Assembly (NCBI GenBank): GCA_030390025.1
Contig: JASTWF010000340.1
Location: forward strand, 62,001-126,000
Direction: 5' to 3'
Source: Squalus acanthias
Lineage: Eukaryota
DNA: 64,000 bases
The notes below the pieces were generated by a model, which was given only the letters and a program-made list of their open reading frames with translations, was not told the DNA's origin and did not search any database. Made by a program: the position numbers and the translations under genes. Of the stretch, positions 48,025 through 60,905 are shown in pieces; the first letter of the stretch is position 1, and each line of letters begins with the position of its first letter.

Positions 48025-51000
48025 AACCACAATGCCCAGGGTCAGTGACCCTGTACCCACAATGCCCAGGGTCAGTGACCCTGTGTCCACAATGCCCAGG
48101 TTCAGTGACCCTGTACACACAATGCCCGGGGTCAGTGACTCTGTACCCACAATGCCCAGGGTCAGTGACCCTGTACCCACAATGCTCAGGGTCAGTGACC
48201 CTGTGTCCACAATGCCCAGTATCAGTGACCCTGTACCCACAATGTCCAGTGTCAGTGACCCATTACCCACAATGGCCAGGGTCAGTGACCCAGTACCCAC
48301 AGTGGCCAGGGACAGTGACCCTGTAACCACAATGCCCGGGGTCAGTGACCCTGTGTCCATAATGCCCAGGGACAGTGTCTTGGTGTCCACAATGCCCAGG
48401 GTCAGTGACCCTGTGTCCATAATGCCCAGGGTCAGTGACCCTGTGTCCACAATGCGCAGGGTCAGTGACCCTGTGTCCACAATGCGCAGGGTCAGTGACC
48501 CTGTGTCCACAATGCGCAGGGTCAGTGACCCTGTGTCCACAATGCCCGGGGTCAGTGACCCTGTGTCCACAATGCCCAGGGTCAGTGAACCCGTGTCCAC
48601 AATTCCCTGGGTCAGTGACCCTGTACCCACAATGCCCAGGGTCAGTGACCCTGTACCCACAATGCCCAGGGTCAGTGACCCTGTACCCACAATGCCCAGG
48701 GTCAGTGACCCTGTACCCAAAATGCCCAGGGTCAGTGACCCTGTACCCACAATGCCCAGGGTCAGTGACTCTGTGTCCACAGTGCCCAGGGACAGTGAAC
48801 CCGTGTCCACAATGCCCAGGGTCAGTGACCCTGTGTCCACAATGCCCAGGGTCAGTGACTCTGTGTCCACAATGCCCAGGGTCAGCGACCCTGTGTCCAC
48901 AATGCCCAGGGTCAGTGACCCTGTGTCCACAATGCCCAGGGTCAGTGACCCTGTGTCCACAATGCCCAGGGTCAGTGACCCTGTATCCACAATGCCCAGG
49001 GTCAGTGGCGATGTGTCCACAATGCCCAGGGTCAGTGACCCTGTATCCACAATGCCCGGGGTGAGTGACCCTGTACCCACAATGCCCAGGGTCAGTGAAA
49101 CTGTATCCACAATGCCCGGGGTGAGTGACCCTGTACCCACAATGCCCTAGGTCAGTGGCCCTGTACCCACAATGCCCAGGGACAGTGACCCTGTGTCCAT
49201 AATGCGCAGGGTCAGTGACCCTGTACCCACAAAGCCAAGTGTCAGTGACCCTGTACCCACAATGCCCAGGGTCAGTGGCCCTGTACCCACAATGCCCAGG
49301 GTCAGTGACCCTGTGTCCACAATGCCCAGGGTCAGTGACTCTGTACCCACAATGCCCAGTGTCAGTGACCCTGTGTCCACAATGCCCAGTGTCAGTGACC
49401 CTGTACCCACAATGCCCAGTGTCAGTGACCCTGTGTCCACAATGCCCAGTGTCAGTGACCCTGTTCCCACAATGCCCAGTGTCAGTGGCCCTGTGTCCAC
49501 AATGCCCAGGGTCAGTGACCCTGTGTCCACAATGCCCAGGGTCAGTGGCCCTGTACCCACAATGCCCACGGACAGTGACTCTGTGTCCACAATGGCCGGG
49601 GTCAGTGACCCTGTACCCACAATGCCCAGGGTCAGTGACTCTGTGTCCACAATGGCCGGGGTCAGTGACCCTGTACCCACAATGCCCAGGGTCAGTGACC
49701 CTGTACCCACAATGCCCAGGGTCAGTGACCCTGTACCCACAATGCCCAGTGTCAGTGACCCTGTTCCCACAATGCCCAGTGTCAGTGACCCTGTACCCAC
49801 AATGCCCAGTGTCAGTCACCCTGTACCAACAATGCCCAGTGACAGTGGCCCTGTACCCACAATGCCCAGGGTCAGTGACCCTGTGTCCACAATGCCCAGG
49901 GTCAGTGACCCTGTGTCCACAATGCCCAGAGTCAGTGACCCTGTGTCCACAATGCCCAGGGTCAGTGACCCTGTACCCACAATGCCCAGGTTCAGTGGCG
50001 ATGTGTCCACAATGCCCAGGGTCAGTGACCCTGTATCCACAATGCCCGGGGTGAGTGACCCTGTACCCATAATGCCCGGGGTGAGTGGCCCTGTACCCAC
50101 AATGCCCAGGGTCAGTGACCCTGTACCCACAATGCCCAGTGTCAGTGACCCTGCACCCACAATGCCCAGGGTCAGTGGCCCTGTACCCACAATGCCCAGT
50201 GTCAGTGACCCTGTTCCCAGAATGCCCAGTGTCAGTGGCCCTGTACCCACAATGCCCAGTGTTAGTCACCCTGTACCCACAATGCCCAGTGTCAGTGACC
50301 CTGTGTCCACAATGCCCAGGGTCAGTGACCCTGTGTCCACAATGCGCAGGGTCAGTGACCCTGTGTCCACAATGCCCGGGGTCACTGAATCTGTGTCCAC
50401 AATGCCCAGGGACAGTGACCCTGTACCCACAATGCCCAGTGTCAGTGACCTTGTACCCACAATGCCCAGCTTCATGACCCTGTGTCCACAATGCCCAGGG
50501 TGAGTGATTCTGTACCCATAATGCCCAGGGTTAGTGACCCTATGTCCACAATGCCCAGGGTCAGTGGCCATGTACCCACAATGCCCAGGGTCAGTGACCC
50601 TGTGTCCAAAATGCCCAGGGTCAGTGACCCTGTGTCCACAATGCCCAGGGTCAGTGACCCTGTGTCCACAATGCCCAGGGTCAGTGACCCTGTGTCCACA
50701 ATGCCCAGGGTCAATGACTCTTTGTCCACAATGCCCAGGGTCAGTGACCCTGTGTCCACAATGCCCAGGGTCAGTGACTCTTTGTCCACAATGCCAGGGT
50801 CAGTGACCATGTGTCCACAATGCCCAGGGTCAGTGACCCTGTGTCCAAAATGCCCAGGGTCAGTGACCTTGTTCCCACAATGCCCAGGGTCAGTGACCTT
50901 GTACCCACAATGCCCAGGGTCAATGACCCTGTGTCCATAATGCCCAGGGTCAGTGACACTGAACCCACAATGCCCAGGGTCAGTGGCCCGGTGTCCACAA

Positions 51001-54000
51001 TGCCCAGGATCAGTGACACTGTACCCACAATGCCCAGGGTCAGTGACCCTGTGTCCATAATGCCCGGGGTCAGTGACCCTGTGTCCATAATGCCCGGGGT
51101 CAGTGACTCTTTACCCAAAATGCCCGTGGTCAGTGACGCTGTGTCCACAATGCTTAGGGTCAGTGAATGTGTACCCATAATGCCCGGGCTCAGTGGCCCT
51201 GTACCCACAATGCCCAGGGTCAGTGACACTGTGTCCACAATGCCCAAGGTCAGTGAACCTGTACCCACAATGCCCAGTGTCAATGACCCTGTACCCACAA
51301 TGCACAAGGTCAGTGACCCGGTGTCCATAATGCCCAGGGTCAGTGACTCTGTACCCATAATGCGCAGGGTCAGTGACCCTGTACCCACAATGCCCAGGGT
51401 CAGTGGCCCTGTGTCCATAATGCCCAGGGTCAGTGGCCCTGTAACCACAATGCCCAGGGACAGTGACCCTGTACCCACAATGCCCAGTGTCAGTGGCCCT
51501 GTACCCACAATGCCCAGTGTCAGTGACTCTGTGTCCACAATGCCCAGGGTCAGTGGTCCTGTACCCACAATGCACTGGGTCAGTGACCTTGTACCCACAA
51601 TGCCCAGTGTCAGTCACCCTGTACCAACAATGCCCAGTGTCAGTGGCCCTGTACCCACAATGCCCAGTGTCAGTGACTCTGTTTCCACAATGCCCAGGGT
51701 CAGTGGCCCGGTGTCCATAATGCCCAGGGTCAGTGACACGGTACCCACAATGGCCAGGGTCAGTGACCCTGTACCCACAATGCCCAGGGTCAGTGACCCT
51801 GTTCCCACAATGCCCAGGGTCAGTGGAGATGTGTCCACAATGCCCAGGGTCAGTGACCCTGTATCCACAATGCCCGGGGTGAGTGACCCTGTGTCCACAA
51901 TGCCCAAGGTCAGTGAACCTGTACCCACAATGCCCAGTGTCAATGACCCTGTACCCTCAATGCACAGGGTCAGTGACCCGGTGTCCATAATGCCCAGGGT
52001 CAGTGACTCTGTACCCATAATGCGCAGGGTCAGTGACCCTGTACCCACAATGCACAGGGTCAGTGGCCCTGTACCCACAATGCCCAGGGTCAGTGACACT
52101 GTGTCCACATTGCCCAAGGTCAGTGAACCTGTACCCACAATGCCCAGTGTCAATGACCCTGTACCCACAATGCACAGGGTCAGTGACCCGGTGTCCATAA
52201 TGCCCAGGGTCAGTGACTCTGTACCCATAATGCGCAGGGTCAGTGACCCTGTACCCACAATGCCCAGGGTCAGTGGCCCTGTGTCCATAATGCCCAGGGT
52301 CAGTGGCCCTGTAACCACAATGCCCAGGGACAGTGACCCTGTACCCACAATGCCCAGTGTCAGTGGCCCTGTACCCACAATGCCCAGTGTCAGTGACTCT
52401 GTGTCCACAATGCCCAGGGTCAGTGGTCCAGTACCCACAATGCACTGGGTCAGTGACCTTATACCCACAATGCCCAGTGTCAGTCACCCTGTACCAACAA
52501 TGCCCAGTGTCAGTGGCCCTGTACCCACAATGCCCAGTGTCAGTGACTCTGTGTCCACAATGCCCAGGGTCAGTGGCCCGGTGTACATAATGCCCAGGGT
52601 CAGTGACACTGTACCCACAATGGCCAGGGTCAGTGACCCTGTACCCACAATGCCCAGGGTCAGTGAACCTGTACCCACAATGCCCAGGGTCAGTGGCGAT
52701 GTGTCCACAATGCCCAGGGTCAGTGACCCTGTATCCACAATGCCCGGGGTGAGTGACCCTGTACCCACAATGCCCTGGGTCAGTGGCGCTGTACCCACAA
52801 TGCCCAGGGACAGTGACCCTGTGTCCATAATGCGCAGGATCAGTGACACTGTGTCCACAATGCCCGGGGTCAGTGAACCTGTGTCCACAATGCCTAGGGA
52901 CAGTGACCCTGTGTCCACAATGCCCAGGGTCAGTGACCCTGTGTCCACAATGCCCAGGGTCAGTGACCCTGTGTCCACAATGCCCAGGGTCAGTGACCCA
53001 GCACCCACAATGCCCAGCGTCAGTGACCCAGTACCCACAACGCCCAGCGTCAGTGACCCAGTACCCACAATGCACAGGGTCAGTGACCCTATGTGCATAA
53101 TGCCCAGGGTCAGTGGCCCTGTACCCATAATGCCCGGGCTCAGTGGCCCTGTACCCACAATGCCCAGGGTCAGTGGCCCTGTACCCACAATGCCCAGTGT
53201 CAGTGACCCTGTTCCCACAATGCCCAGTGTCAGTGGCCCTGTACCCACAATGCCCAGTGTCAGTCACCCTGTACCAACAATGCCCAGTGTAAGTGAACCT
53301 GTGTCCACAATGCCCAGTGTCAGTGACCTTGTACCCATAATGCCTAGTGTCAGTGACCCGGTGTCCACAATGCCCAGGGTCAGTGACCCTGTGTCCACAA
53401 TGCCCAGGGTCAGTGACCCTGTACCCACAATGCCCAGGGTCAGTGGCGATGTGTCCACAATGCCCAGGGTCAGTGACTCTGTACCCACAATGCCCAGGGT
53501 GAGTGACCCTGTACCCACAATGCCCAGGGTCAGTGGCCCTGTACCCACAATGCCCAGGGACAGTGACCCTGTGTCCACAATGCCCGGGGTCACTGAACCT
53601 GTGTCCACAATGCCCAGGGTCAGTGACCCTGTGTCCACAATGCCCGGTGTCACTGAACCTGTGTCCACAATGCCCAGGGTCAGTGGCCCTGTACCCACAA
53701 TGCCCAGTGTCAGTGATCCTGTACCCACAATGGCCAGTGTCAGTCACCCTGTACCCACAATGCCCAGTGTCAGTGATCCTGTACCCACAATGGCCAGTGT
53801 CAGTGACCTTGTACCCACAATGCCCAGCTTCATGACCCTGTGTCGACAATGCCCAGGGTGAGTGATTCTGTACCCATAAGGCTCAGGGTCAGTGACCCAA
53901 TGTCCACAATGCCCAGGGTCAGTGACCCTGTGTCCACAATGCCCAGGGTCAGTGGCCCTGTACCCACAATGCCCAGGGTCAGTGACCCTATGTGCATAAT

Positions 54001-57000
54001 GCCCAGGGTCAGTGGCCCTGTACCCACCATGCCCAGGGTCAGTGACCCTGTGTCCACAGATCCCAGGGTCAGTGATCCTGTGTCCACAATGCCCAGGGTC
54101 AGTGACCCTGTGTCCACAATGCCCAGGGTCAGTGACCCTGTGTCCACAATGCCCAGGGTCAGTGACCCTGTGTCCACAATGACCAGGGTCAGTGGCCCTG
54201 TACCCACAATGACCAGGGTCAGTGGCCCTGTACCCACAATGCCCAGTGTCAGTGACCCTGTGTCCACAATGCCCAAGGTCAGTGACCCTGTGTCCACAAT
54301 GCCCAGGGTCAGTGACCCTGTGTCCACAATGCCAAGGGTCAGTGACCCTGTGTCCACAATGCCCAGGGTCAGTGACCCTGTGTCCACAATGCCCAGGGTC
54401 AGTGACCCTGTGTCCACAATGCCAAGGTTAAGTGACCATGTGTCCACAATGCCCAGTGTCAGTGACCCTGTGTCCACAATGCCCAGGGTCAGTGACCCTG
54501 TGTCCACAATGCCCGGGGTCACTGAACCTGTGTCCACAATGCCCAGGGTCAGTGACCCTGTACCCACAATGCCCAGTGTCAGTGACCTTGTACCCACAAT
54601 GCCCAGCTTCATGACCCTGTGTCCACAATGCCCAGGGTGAGTGATTCTGTACGCAGAATGCCCAGGGTCAGTGACCCTCTGTCCACAATGCCCAGGGACA
54701 GTGACCCTGTGTCCATAATGCCCAGTGTCAGTGACCCTGTGTCCACAATGCCCAGGGTCAGTGGCCCTGTGTCCACAATGCGCAGGGTCAGTGACTCTGT
54801 ACCCACAATGCGCAGGGTCAGTGGCCCTGTGTCCACAATGCGCAGGGTCAGTGACTCTGTACCCACAATGCGCAGGGTCAGTGACCCTGTGTCCACAATG
54901 CGCAGGGTCAGTGACCCTGTGTCCACAATGCTCAGGGTCAGTGGCTCTGTACCCACAATGCCCAGGGTCAGTGACCCTGTACCCACAATGCCCAGGGTCA
55001 GTGACCCTGTGTCCACAATGCCCAGGGTCAGTGACCCTGTGTCCACAATGCCCAGGGTCAGTGACCCTCTATCCACAATGCCCAGGGTCAGTGACCCTCT
55101 ATCCACAATGCCCAGGGTCAGTGACCCTCTGTCCACAATGCCCAGTGTCAGTGACCCTGTGTCCACAATGCCCAGGGTCAGTGACCCTGTGTCCACAATG
55201 CCCAGGGTCAGTGACCCTGTGTCCACAAAGCCCAGGGTCAATGACCCTGTGTCCACAATGCCCAGGGTCAGTGACCCTATGTCCACAATGCCCAGGGTCA
55301 GTGACCCTGTGTCCACAATGCCCAGGGTCAGTGACCCTGTGTCCACAATGCCCAGGGTCAGGGACACTGTACCCACAATGCCCAGGGTCAATGACTCTGA
55401 ACCCATAATGACCGGGGTCAGTGACTCTGTAACCACAATGCCCAGGGTCAGTGACCCTGTGTCCACAATGCCCAGCGTCGGTGACCCTGTGTCCACAATG
55501 CCCAGGGACAGTGACTCTGTACCCACAATGCCCAGGGTCAGTGACCCTGTACCCACAATGCCCAGGGTCTGTGACCTTGTTCCCACAATGCCCAGGGTCA
55601 GTGACCTTGTACCCACAATGTCCAGGGTCAATGACCCTGTACCCACAATGCCCAGGGTCAGTGACCCTGTACGCACAATGGTCAGGGTCAGTGGCCCTGT
55701 ACCCACAATGCCCAGTGTCTTTGGCACTGTACCCACAATGCCCAGTGTCAGTGGCCCTGTACCCACAATGCCCAGGGTCAGTGGCCCTGTGTCCATAATG
55801 CCCAGGGTCAGTGACACTGTACCCACAATGCCCAAGGTCAGTGACCCTGTGTCCATAATGCCCGGGGTCAGTGACCCTGTGTCCATAATGCCCGGGGTCA
55901 GTGACTCTTTACCCATAATGCCCGTGGTCAGTGACGCTGTGTCCACAATGCCTAGAGTCAGTGAATGTGTACCCATAATGCCCGGGCTCAGTGGCCCTGT
56001 ACCCACAATGCCCAGGGTCAGTGACACTGTGTCCACAATGCCCAAGGTCAGTGAACCTGTACCCACAATGCCCAGTGTCAATGACCCTGTACCCACAATG
56101 CACAGGGTCAGTGACCCGGTGTCCATAATGCCCAGGGTCAGTGACTCTGTACCCATAATGCGCAGAATCAGTGGCCCTGTACCCATAATGCCCGTGGTCA
56201 GTGACGCTGTGTCCACAATGCCTAGGGTCAGTGAATCTGTACCCATAATGCCCGGGCTCAGTGGCCCTGTACCCACAATGCCCAGGGTCAGTGACACAGT
56301 GTCCACAATGCCCAGGGTCAGTGACCCTGTACCCACAATGCCCAGGGTCAGTAACAGTGTGTCCACAATTCCCAGGGTCAGTGACCCTGTACCCACAATG
56401 CCCGGGGTCAGTGACCCTGTGTCCACAATTCCCATGGTCAGTGACTCTGTACCCACAATGCCCAAGGTCAGTGACTCTGTGCCCACAATGCCCAGGGTCA
56501 GTGACCCTGTGTCCACAATGCCCAGGGTCAGTGACTCTGTACCCTCAATGCCCAGTCTCAGGGACCCTGTACCCACAATGCCCAGGGTCAGTGACTCTGT
56601 ACCCATGATGCCCGTGGTCAGTGACCCTGTGTCTACAATGCCCAGGGTCAGTGACTCTGTACCCACAATGCCCAGTCTCAGGGACCCTGTACCCACAATG
56701 CCCAGGGTCAGTGACTCTGTTCCCATAATGCCCAGTGTCAGTGAACCTGTACCCACAATGCCCAGGGTCAGTGACCCTGTGTCCACAATGCCCAGGGTCA
56801 GTGACCCTGTACCCACAATGCCCAGGGTCAGTGACCCTGTGTCCACAATGCCCAGGGTCAGTGACCCTCTGTCCACAATGCCCAGGGTTAGTGACCCTGT
56901 GTCCACAATGCCCAGGGTCAGTGACCCTGTGTCCATAATGCCCAGGGTCAGTGGCCCTGTGTCCACAATGCCCAGGGTCAGTGACCCTCTGTCCACAATG

Positions 57001-57572
57001 CCCAGGGTTAGTGACCCTGTGTCCACAATGCCCAGGGTCAGTGACCCTCTGTCCATAATGCCCAGGGTCAGTGACCCTGTGTCGATAATGCCCAGTGTCA
57101 GTGACCCTGTACCCACAATGCCCGGGGTCAGTGACCCTGTACCCACAATACCCGGGGTCAGTGGCCCTGTAACCACGATGCCCATGTCAATGACCCTGTG
57201 TCCACAATGCCCAGGGTCAGTGACTCTGTAACCACGATGCCCATGTCAATGACCCTGTACCCACAATGCCCGGGGTCAGTGACCCTGTATCCACGATGCC
57301 CATGTAAATGACCCTGTAACCACAATGTCCAGTGTCAGTGACCTTGTACCCACAAAGCCCAGTGTCAGTGCCCCTGTACCCACAATATCCAGTGTCAGTG
57401 ACCCTGTGTCCACAATGCCCAGTGTCAGTGACTGTGTACCCACAATGCCCAGTGTCAGTGACTCTGTACCCACAGTGCCCGGGGTCAGTGGCTCTGTACC
57501 CACAATGCCCAGTGTCAGTGATCCTGTGCCCACAATGCCCGGGCTCAGTGACGCTGTACCCACAATGCTGAG
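48025..57572. repeat. 30 bp satellite, ~318 copies, filling a PEX5 pseudogene intron
   Basis: Unit cacaatgcccagggtcagtgaccctgt(ac/gt)c, containing the palindrome CAGGGTCA-G-TGACCCTG. Confidence 0.98.
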
Positions 57573-57751
57573 TGGCCCGTCAACATACCTGTCACCTGGG
57601 CGATGAACTCCATTGATCAATCGGCTTCACTGTCGGCCTGCGATATGTCTGCCGCCGTCTCGGTGGTCAGAAACTCCTCGACCCAGGTCCCCGACATCGC
57701 CAGCTCTGCCACAACGGGGGCTTGGTGTGTGAAAACAGGGCCCGAATCTGG

Positions 57752-58287
57752 GCAGGAAAGGCCCAGGGTCCATCCCCGGCCTGTGCTGAGTTAGCCTGAT
57801 CTCCCCCGGTGAGGGACTGTGACCCCAACACACAGAGCAGGAAAGACCCAGGCTCCATCCCCGGCCTGTGCTGATTTGACCCTCTGCTCCCTGGGGTGAT
57901 CTTACCTCGCTGCTAAGCATGTCAAAGCCTTCAGTTCTCAACCTCCTGCATCTCCGCCAGCAGGTCGTCTATCTTGAACGTGTGGGGTGCGCGGGGCAGC
58001 AGCGGGCCATTCTGATCAGTCACGAACTCCGAGACTAACTGCAAGAGAGAGAGGCGGCAATTCGACCCGCACAATGATGGGTGCCCACCCCTGAAATGTC
58101 CCCTCCCGGAGTGGGTACTGAGATCCCCCACACACAGAGCAGGAAAGGCCCAGGCTCCATCCCCGGCCTGTGCTGAGTTAGCCTGATTCTCGCCCGGTGA
58201 GGGACTGTGACCCCCACACACAGAGCAGGAAAGGCCCAGGCTCCATCCCCGGCCTGTGCTGAGTTAGCCTGATTCTCGCCCGGTGAA
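57752..58287 (+). repeat. ~86 bp repeat present twice in each of two PEX5 introns (57752-57875 and 58126-58287)
   Basis: cacacagagcaggaaaggcccaggctccatccccggcctgtgctgagttagcctgat...gagggactgtgacccc. It has a degenerate B-box-like ggctccatcccc and may be SINE-derived. Confidence 0.8.
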
Positions 58288-58529
58288 TGGAGCCTGGATT
58301 ACAGGCTGACACAATAACCATCTTTTTCCTCTCAGGCAGATCCCAGTGGCTTGGAGACCTGGAATATGGCATGGACTGGTTGGGCCGAATGGCCTGTTAT
58401 TGTCAAAGAGACATTTTATAATTCTGAGGGAGAGTGATTGAGAGAGAGAGGCATAGGAGACGTAAATATTATAGTTATAGTCATAGATTTGCATTACTGA
58501 TTGATACTATTTATTATCTATTTCTAATT

Positions 58530-60905
58530 GTGCAGCAGGGTTTCCTGACACAATATGTGGATAGGCCGACAAGAGGTGGGGCCACATTGGATTTGGTACT
58601 GGGTAATGAACCGGGCCAAGTGTTTGATTTGTATGTCGGAGAGCTCTTTGGAGATAGTGACCACAATTCGGTAACTTTCACTATTGCAATGGAGAGGGAT
58701 AGGGCCATACGGCAGAGCAGGGTTTATAATTGGGGGAGGGGTAATTATGATGCGATTAGGCAAGAATTAGGGAGCATAAGATGGGAACAGAAACTATCAG
58801 GGAAAGGCACAAACGAAAAGTGGAGCTTTTTCATGGAGCAATTACTGCGTGTCCTTGATAGGTATGTCCCTGTCAGGCAGGGAGGAAATGGCCGAGTGAG
58901 AGAACCATGGTTCACAAAAGAGGTTGAATGTCTGGTCAAGAGGAAAAAGGAAGCGTATGTGAGGATGAGAAAACAAGGTTCAGTTGGGTCGATTGAGGGG
59001 TACAAGGTAGCAAGGAATGAGCGAAAAAAAGTGCTTAGGAGAGCTAGGAGGGGGCATGAGAAGTCCTTGGCGGGTCGGATCAAGAAAAACCCCAAGGCTT
59101 TTTACTCTTATGTGAGAAATAAAAGAATGACCAGGGTGAGGGTAGGGCCGGTCAAGGACAGTAGTGGGAACTTGTGCATGGAGTCAGAAGAGATAGGAGA
59201 GGTGATGAATGAATACTTTTCGTCAGTGTTCACCGAGGAGAGGGGCCATGTTCTTGAGGATGAGAGTGTGATAAAGGTGGATAGGCTGGAGGTGGTAGAT
59301 GTTCTGAGGGAAGATGTTTTAGCAATTTTGAAGAACCTGAGGGTCGATAAGTCCCCTGGGCCAGATGGGATATATCCTAGGATTCTTTGGGAGGCAAGGG
59401 AGGAGATTGCAGAGCCTTTGGCTTTGATCTTTGGGTCCTCACTGTCCACGGGGATGGTGCCGGAGGACTGGAGAGTGGCGAATGTTGTTCCTCTCTTCAA
59501 GAAAGGAAATAGGAATGACCCTGGTAATTATAGGCCGGTTAGTCTTACTTCGGTGGTTGGTAAGATAATGGAAAAGGTCCTGAGGGATAGGCTTTATGAC
59601 CATTTGGAAAGAGGCAACTTAATCAGGGATAGTCAACACAGATTCGTGAAGGGTAAGTCTTGCCTAACAAATTTGATTGAATTCTTTAAGGAGGTAACTA
59701 AGTGTGTAGATGAAGGTAGAGCAGTTGATGTTGTATACATGGATTTTAGTAAGGCGTTTGATAAGGTTCCCCATGGTCGGCTCATGAAGAAAGTAAGGAG
59801 TTGTGAGATAGAGGGAAATTTGGCCGATTGGATAAGTAACTGGCTATCTCATAGAAGGCAGAGCGTGGTGGTGGATGGAAAATTTTCGGACTGGAGACCA
59901 GTTACCAGCGGTGTGCCACAGGGGTCGGTGCTGGGTCCTCTGCTGTTTGTGATTTTTATCAATGACTTGGAGGAGGGGACTGAAGGGTGGATCAGTAAAT
60001 TTGCTGATGACACCAAGATTGGTGGAGTAGTGGATGAGGTGGAGGACTGTTGTAGGCTGCAAAGAGAAATTGATAGGATGCAGAGCTGGGCCGAAAAATG
60101 GCAGATGGAATTTAACCCTGATAAGTGCGAGGTGATTCATTTTGGTAGGGCAAATTTGAATAAGGATTACAGGGACAACGGCAGGGTTCTGAGGAACGTG
60201 GAGGAACAGAGGGATCTGGGGTTTCATATACACAGATCTCTGAAGGTTGCCACTCAAGTGGATAGAGCAGTAAAGAAGGCCTATGGTGTGTTGGCGTTTA
60301 ATAACAGGGGGTTTGAGCTTAAGAACCGTGAGGTTATGCTGCAACTGTACAGGGCCTTGGTGAGACCACATTTGGAATATTGTGTGCAGTTCTGGTCACC
60401 TCACTATAGGAAGGACGTGGAAGCATTGGAAAGAGTGCAAAGGAGATTTACCAGGATGCTGCCTGGTTTGGGGCGGAGGTCTTATGAGGAAAGATTGAGG
60501 GAGTTAGGGCTTTTCTCTTTAGAGCGGAGGAGGATGAGAGGCGACTTAATAGAGGTTTATAAGATGATGAGGGGGATAGATAGAGTGGATGTTCAGAGAC
60601 TATTTCCTCGGGTAGAGGCAGCTGTTACAAGGGGGCATAACTATAAGGTGCATGGGGGGAGATATAGAAGGGATGTCCGAGGTAGATTCTTTACTCAGAG
60701 AGTGGTTCGGGTGTGGAATGGACTGCCTGCTGTAATAGTGGAGTCGGACACTTTCGGAACTTTCAAACGGTTATTGGATAAGCACATGGAGCACACCAGA
60801 GTGATAGGGAGTGGGATAGCTTGATCTTGGTTTCGGACAATGCTCGGCACAACATCGAGGGCAGAAGGGCCTGTACTGTGCTGTAGTGTTCTATGTTTCT
60901 ATGTA
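58530..60905 (+). mobile_element. Young 5'-truncated CR1 with an uninterrupted ORF2 (endonuclease end and complete RT, stop at 60824) and 3' tail
   Basis: About 765 codons without a stop: SDHNS, DKSPGPDGIYPRIL, NYRPVSLTS, YMDFSKAFD, SGVPQGSVLGP, KFADDTK; tail gttctatgtttctatgt. Absent from paralogous copy A. Confidence 0.97.

Larger units (their letters stand above)
47836..58358 (-). pseudogene. PEX5: Unprocessed PEX5 (peroxisomal PTS1 receptor) pseudogene fragment; four consecutive N-terminal exons: 58358-58323, 58038-57906, 57720-57589, 47943-47836
   Basis: Spliced translation: VSKPLGSA*EEK | [41 protein letters not shown] | APVVAELAMSGTWVEEFLTTETAADISQADSEAD*SMEFIAQVT | DPAVTCPATWILEYLEQTAEELWL(frameshift)EPELEQSQEQKW. 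This is collinear with vertebrate PEX5 (SKPLG, LVAEF, APQTFKMDDLLAEM, WxxxF/Y repeats). AG/GT sites and compatible phases are present for the last three exons. Five stops, one frameshift and one lost donor. Confidence 0.92.

Noticed and set aside
4185..57572. Regular short repeats as possible CRISPR arrays
   Set aside because: Units are head-to-tail with no unique spacers, there are no cas genes, and the context is vertebrate.
47980..57620. Very long ORFs (up to 1016 aa, PTMPRVSDPV / GIVGTGSLTL repeats) resembling mucin-like proteins
   Set aside because: They are open on both strands and in several frames because the 30 bp unit lacks stops. Frames switch at single-base indels, there is no signal peptide or unique domain, and the array lies between two PEX5 exons.
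57589..58358. Four TGA codons in PEX5 exons as possible selenocysteine or stop-codon reassignment
   Set aside because: They align to different residues (S, S, R, W) and are each one substitution from TCA, CGA or TGG. A TAG, a frameshift and a lost donor also occur, so ordinary decay explains them.
58434..60824. 796 aa ORF as a domesticated or chimeric RT gene
   Set aside because: The listed start is a GTG in flanking DNA. The first ~32 codons are chance read-through of sequence that is also present at 32000-32070, and the rest is a standard 5'-truncated CR1.
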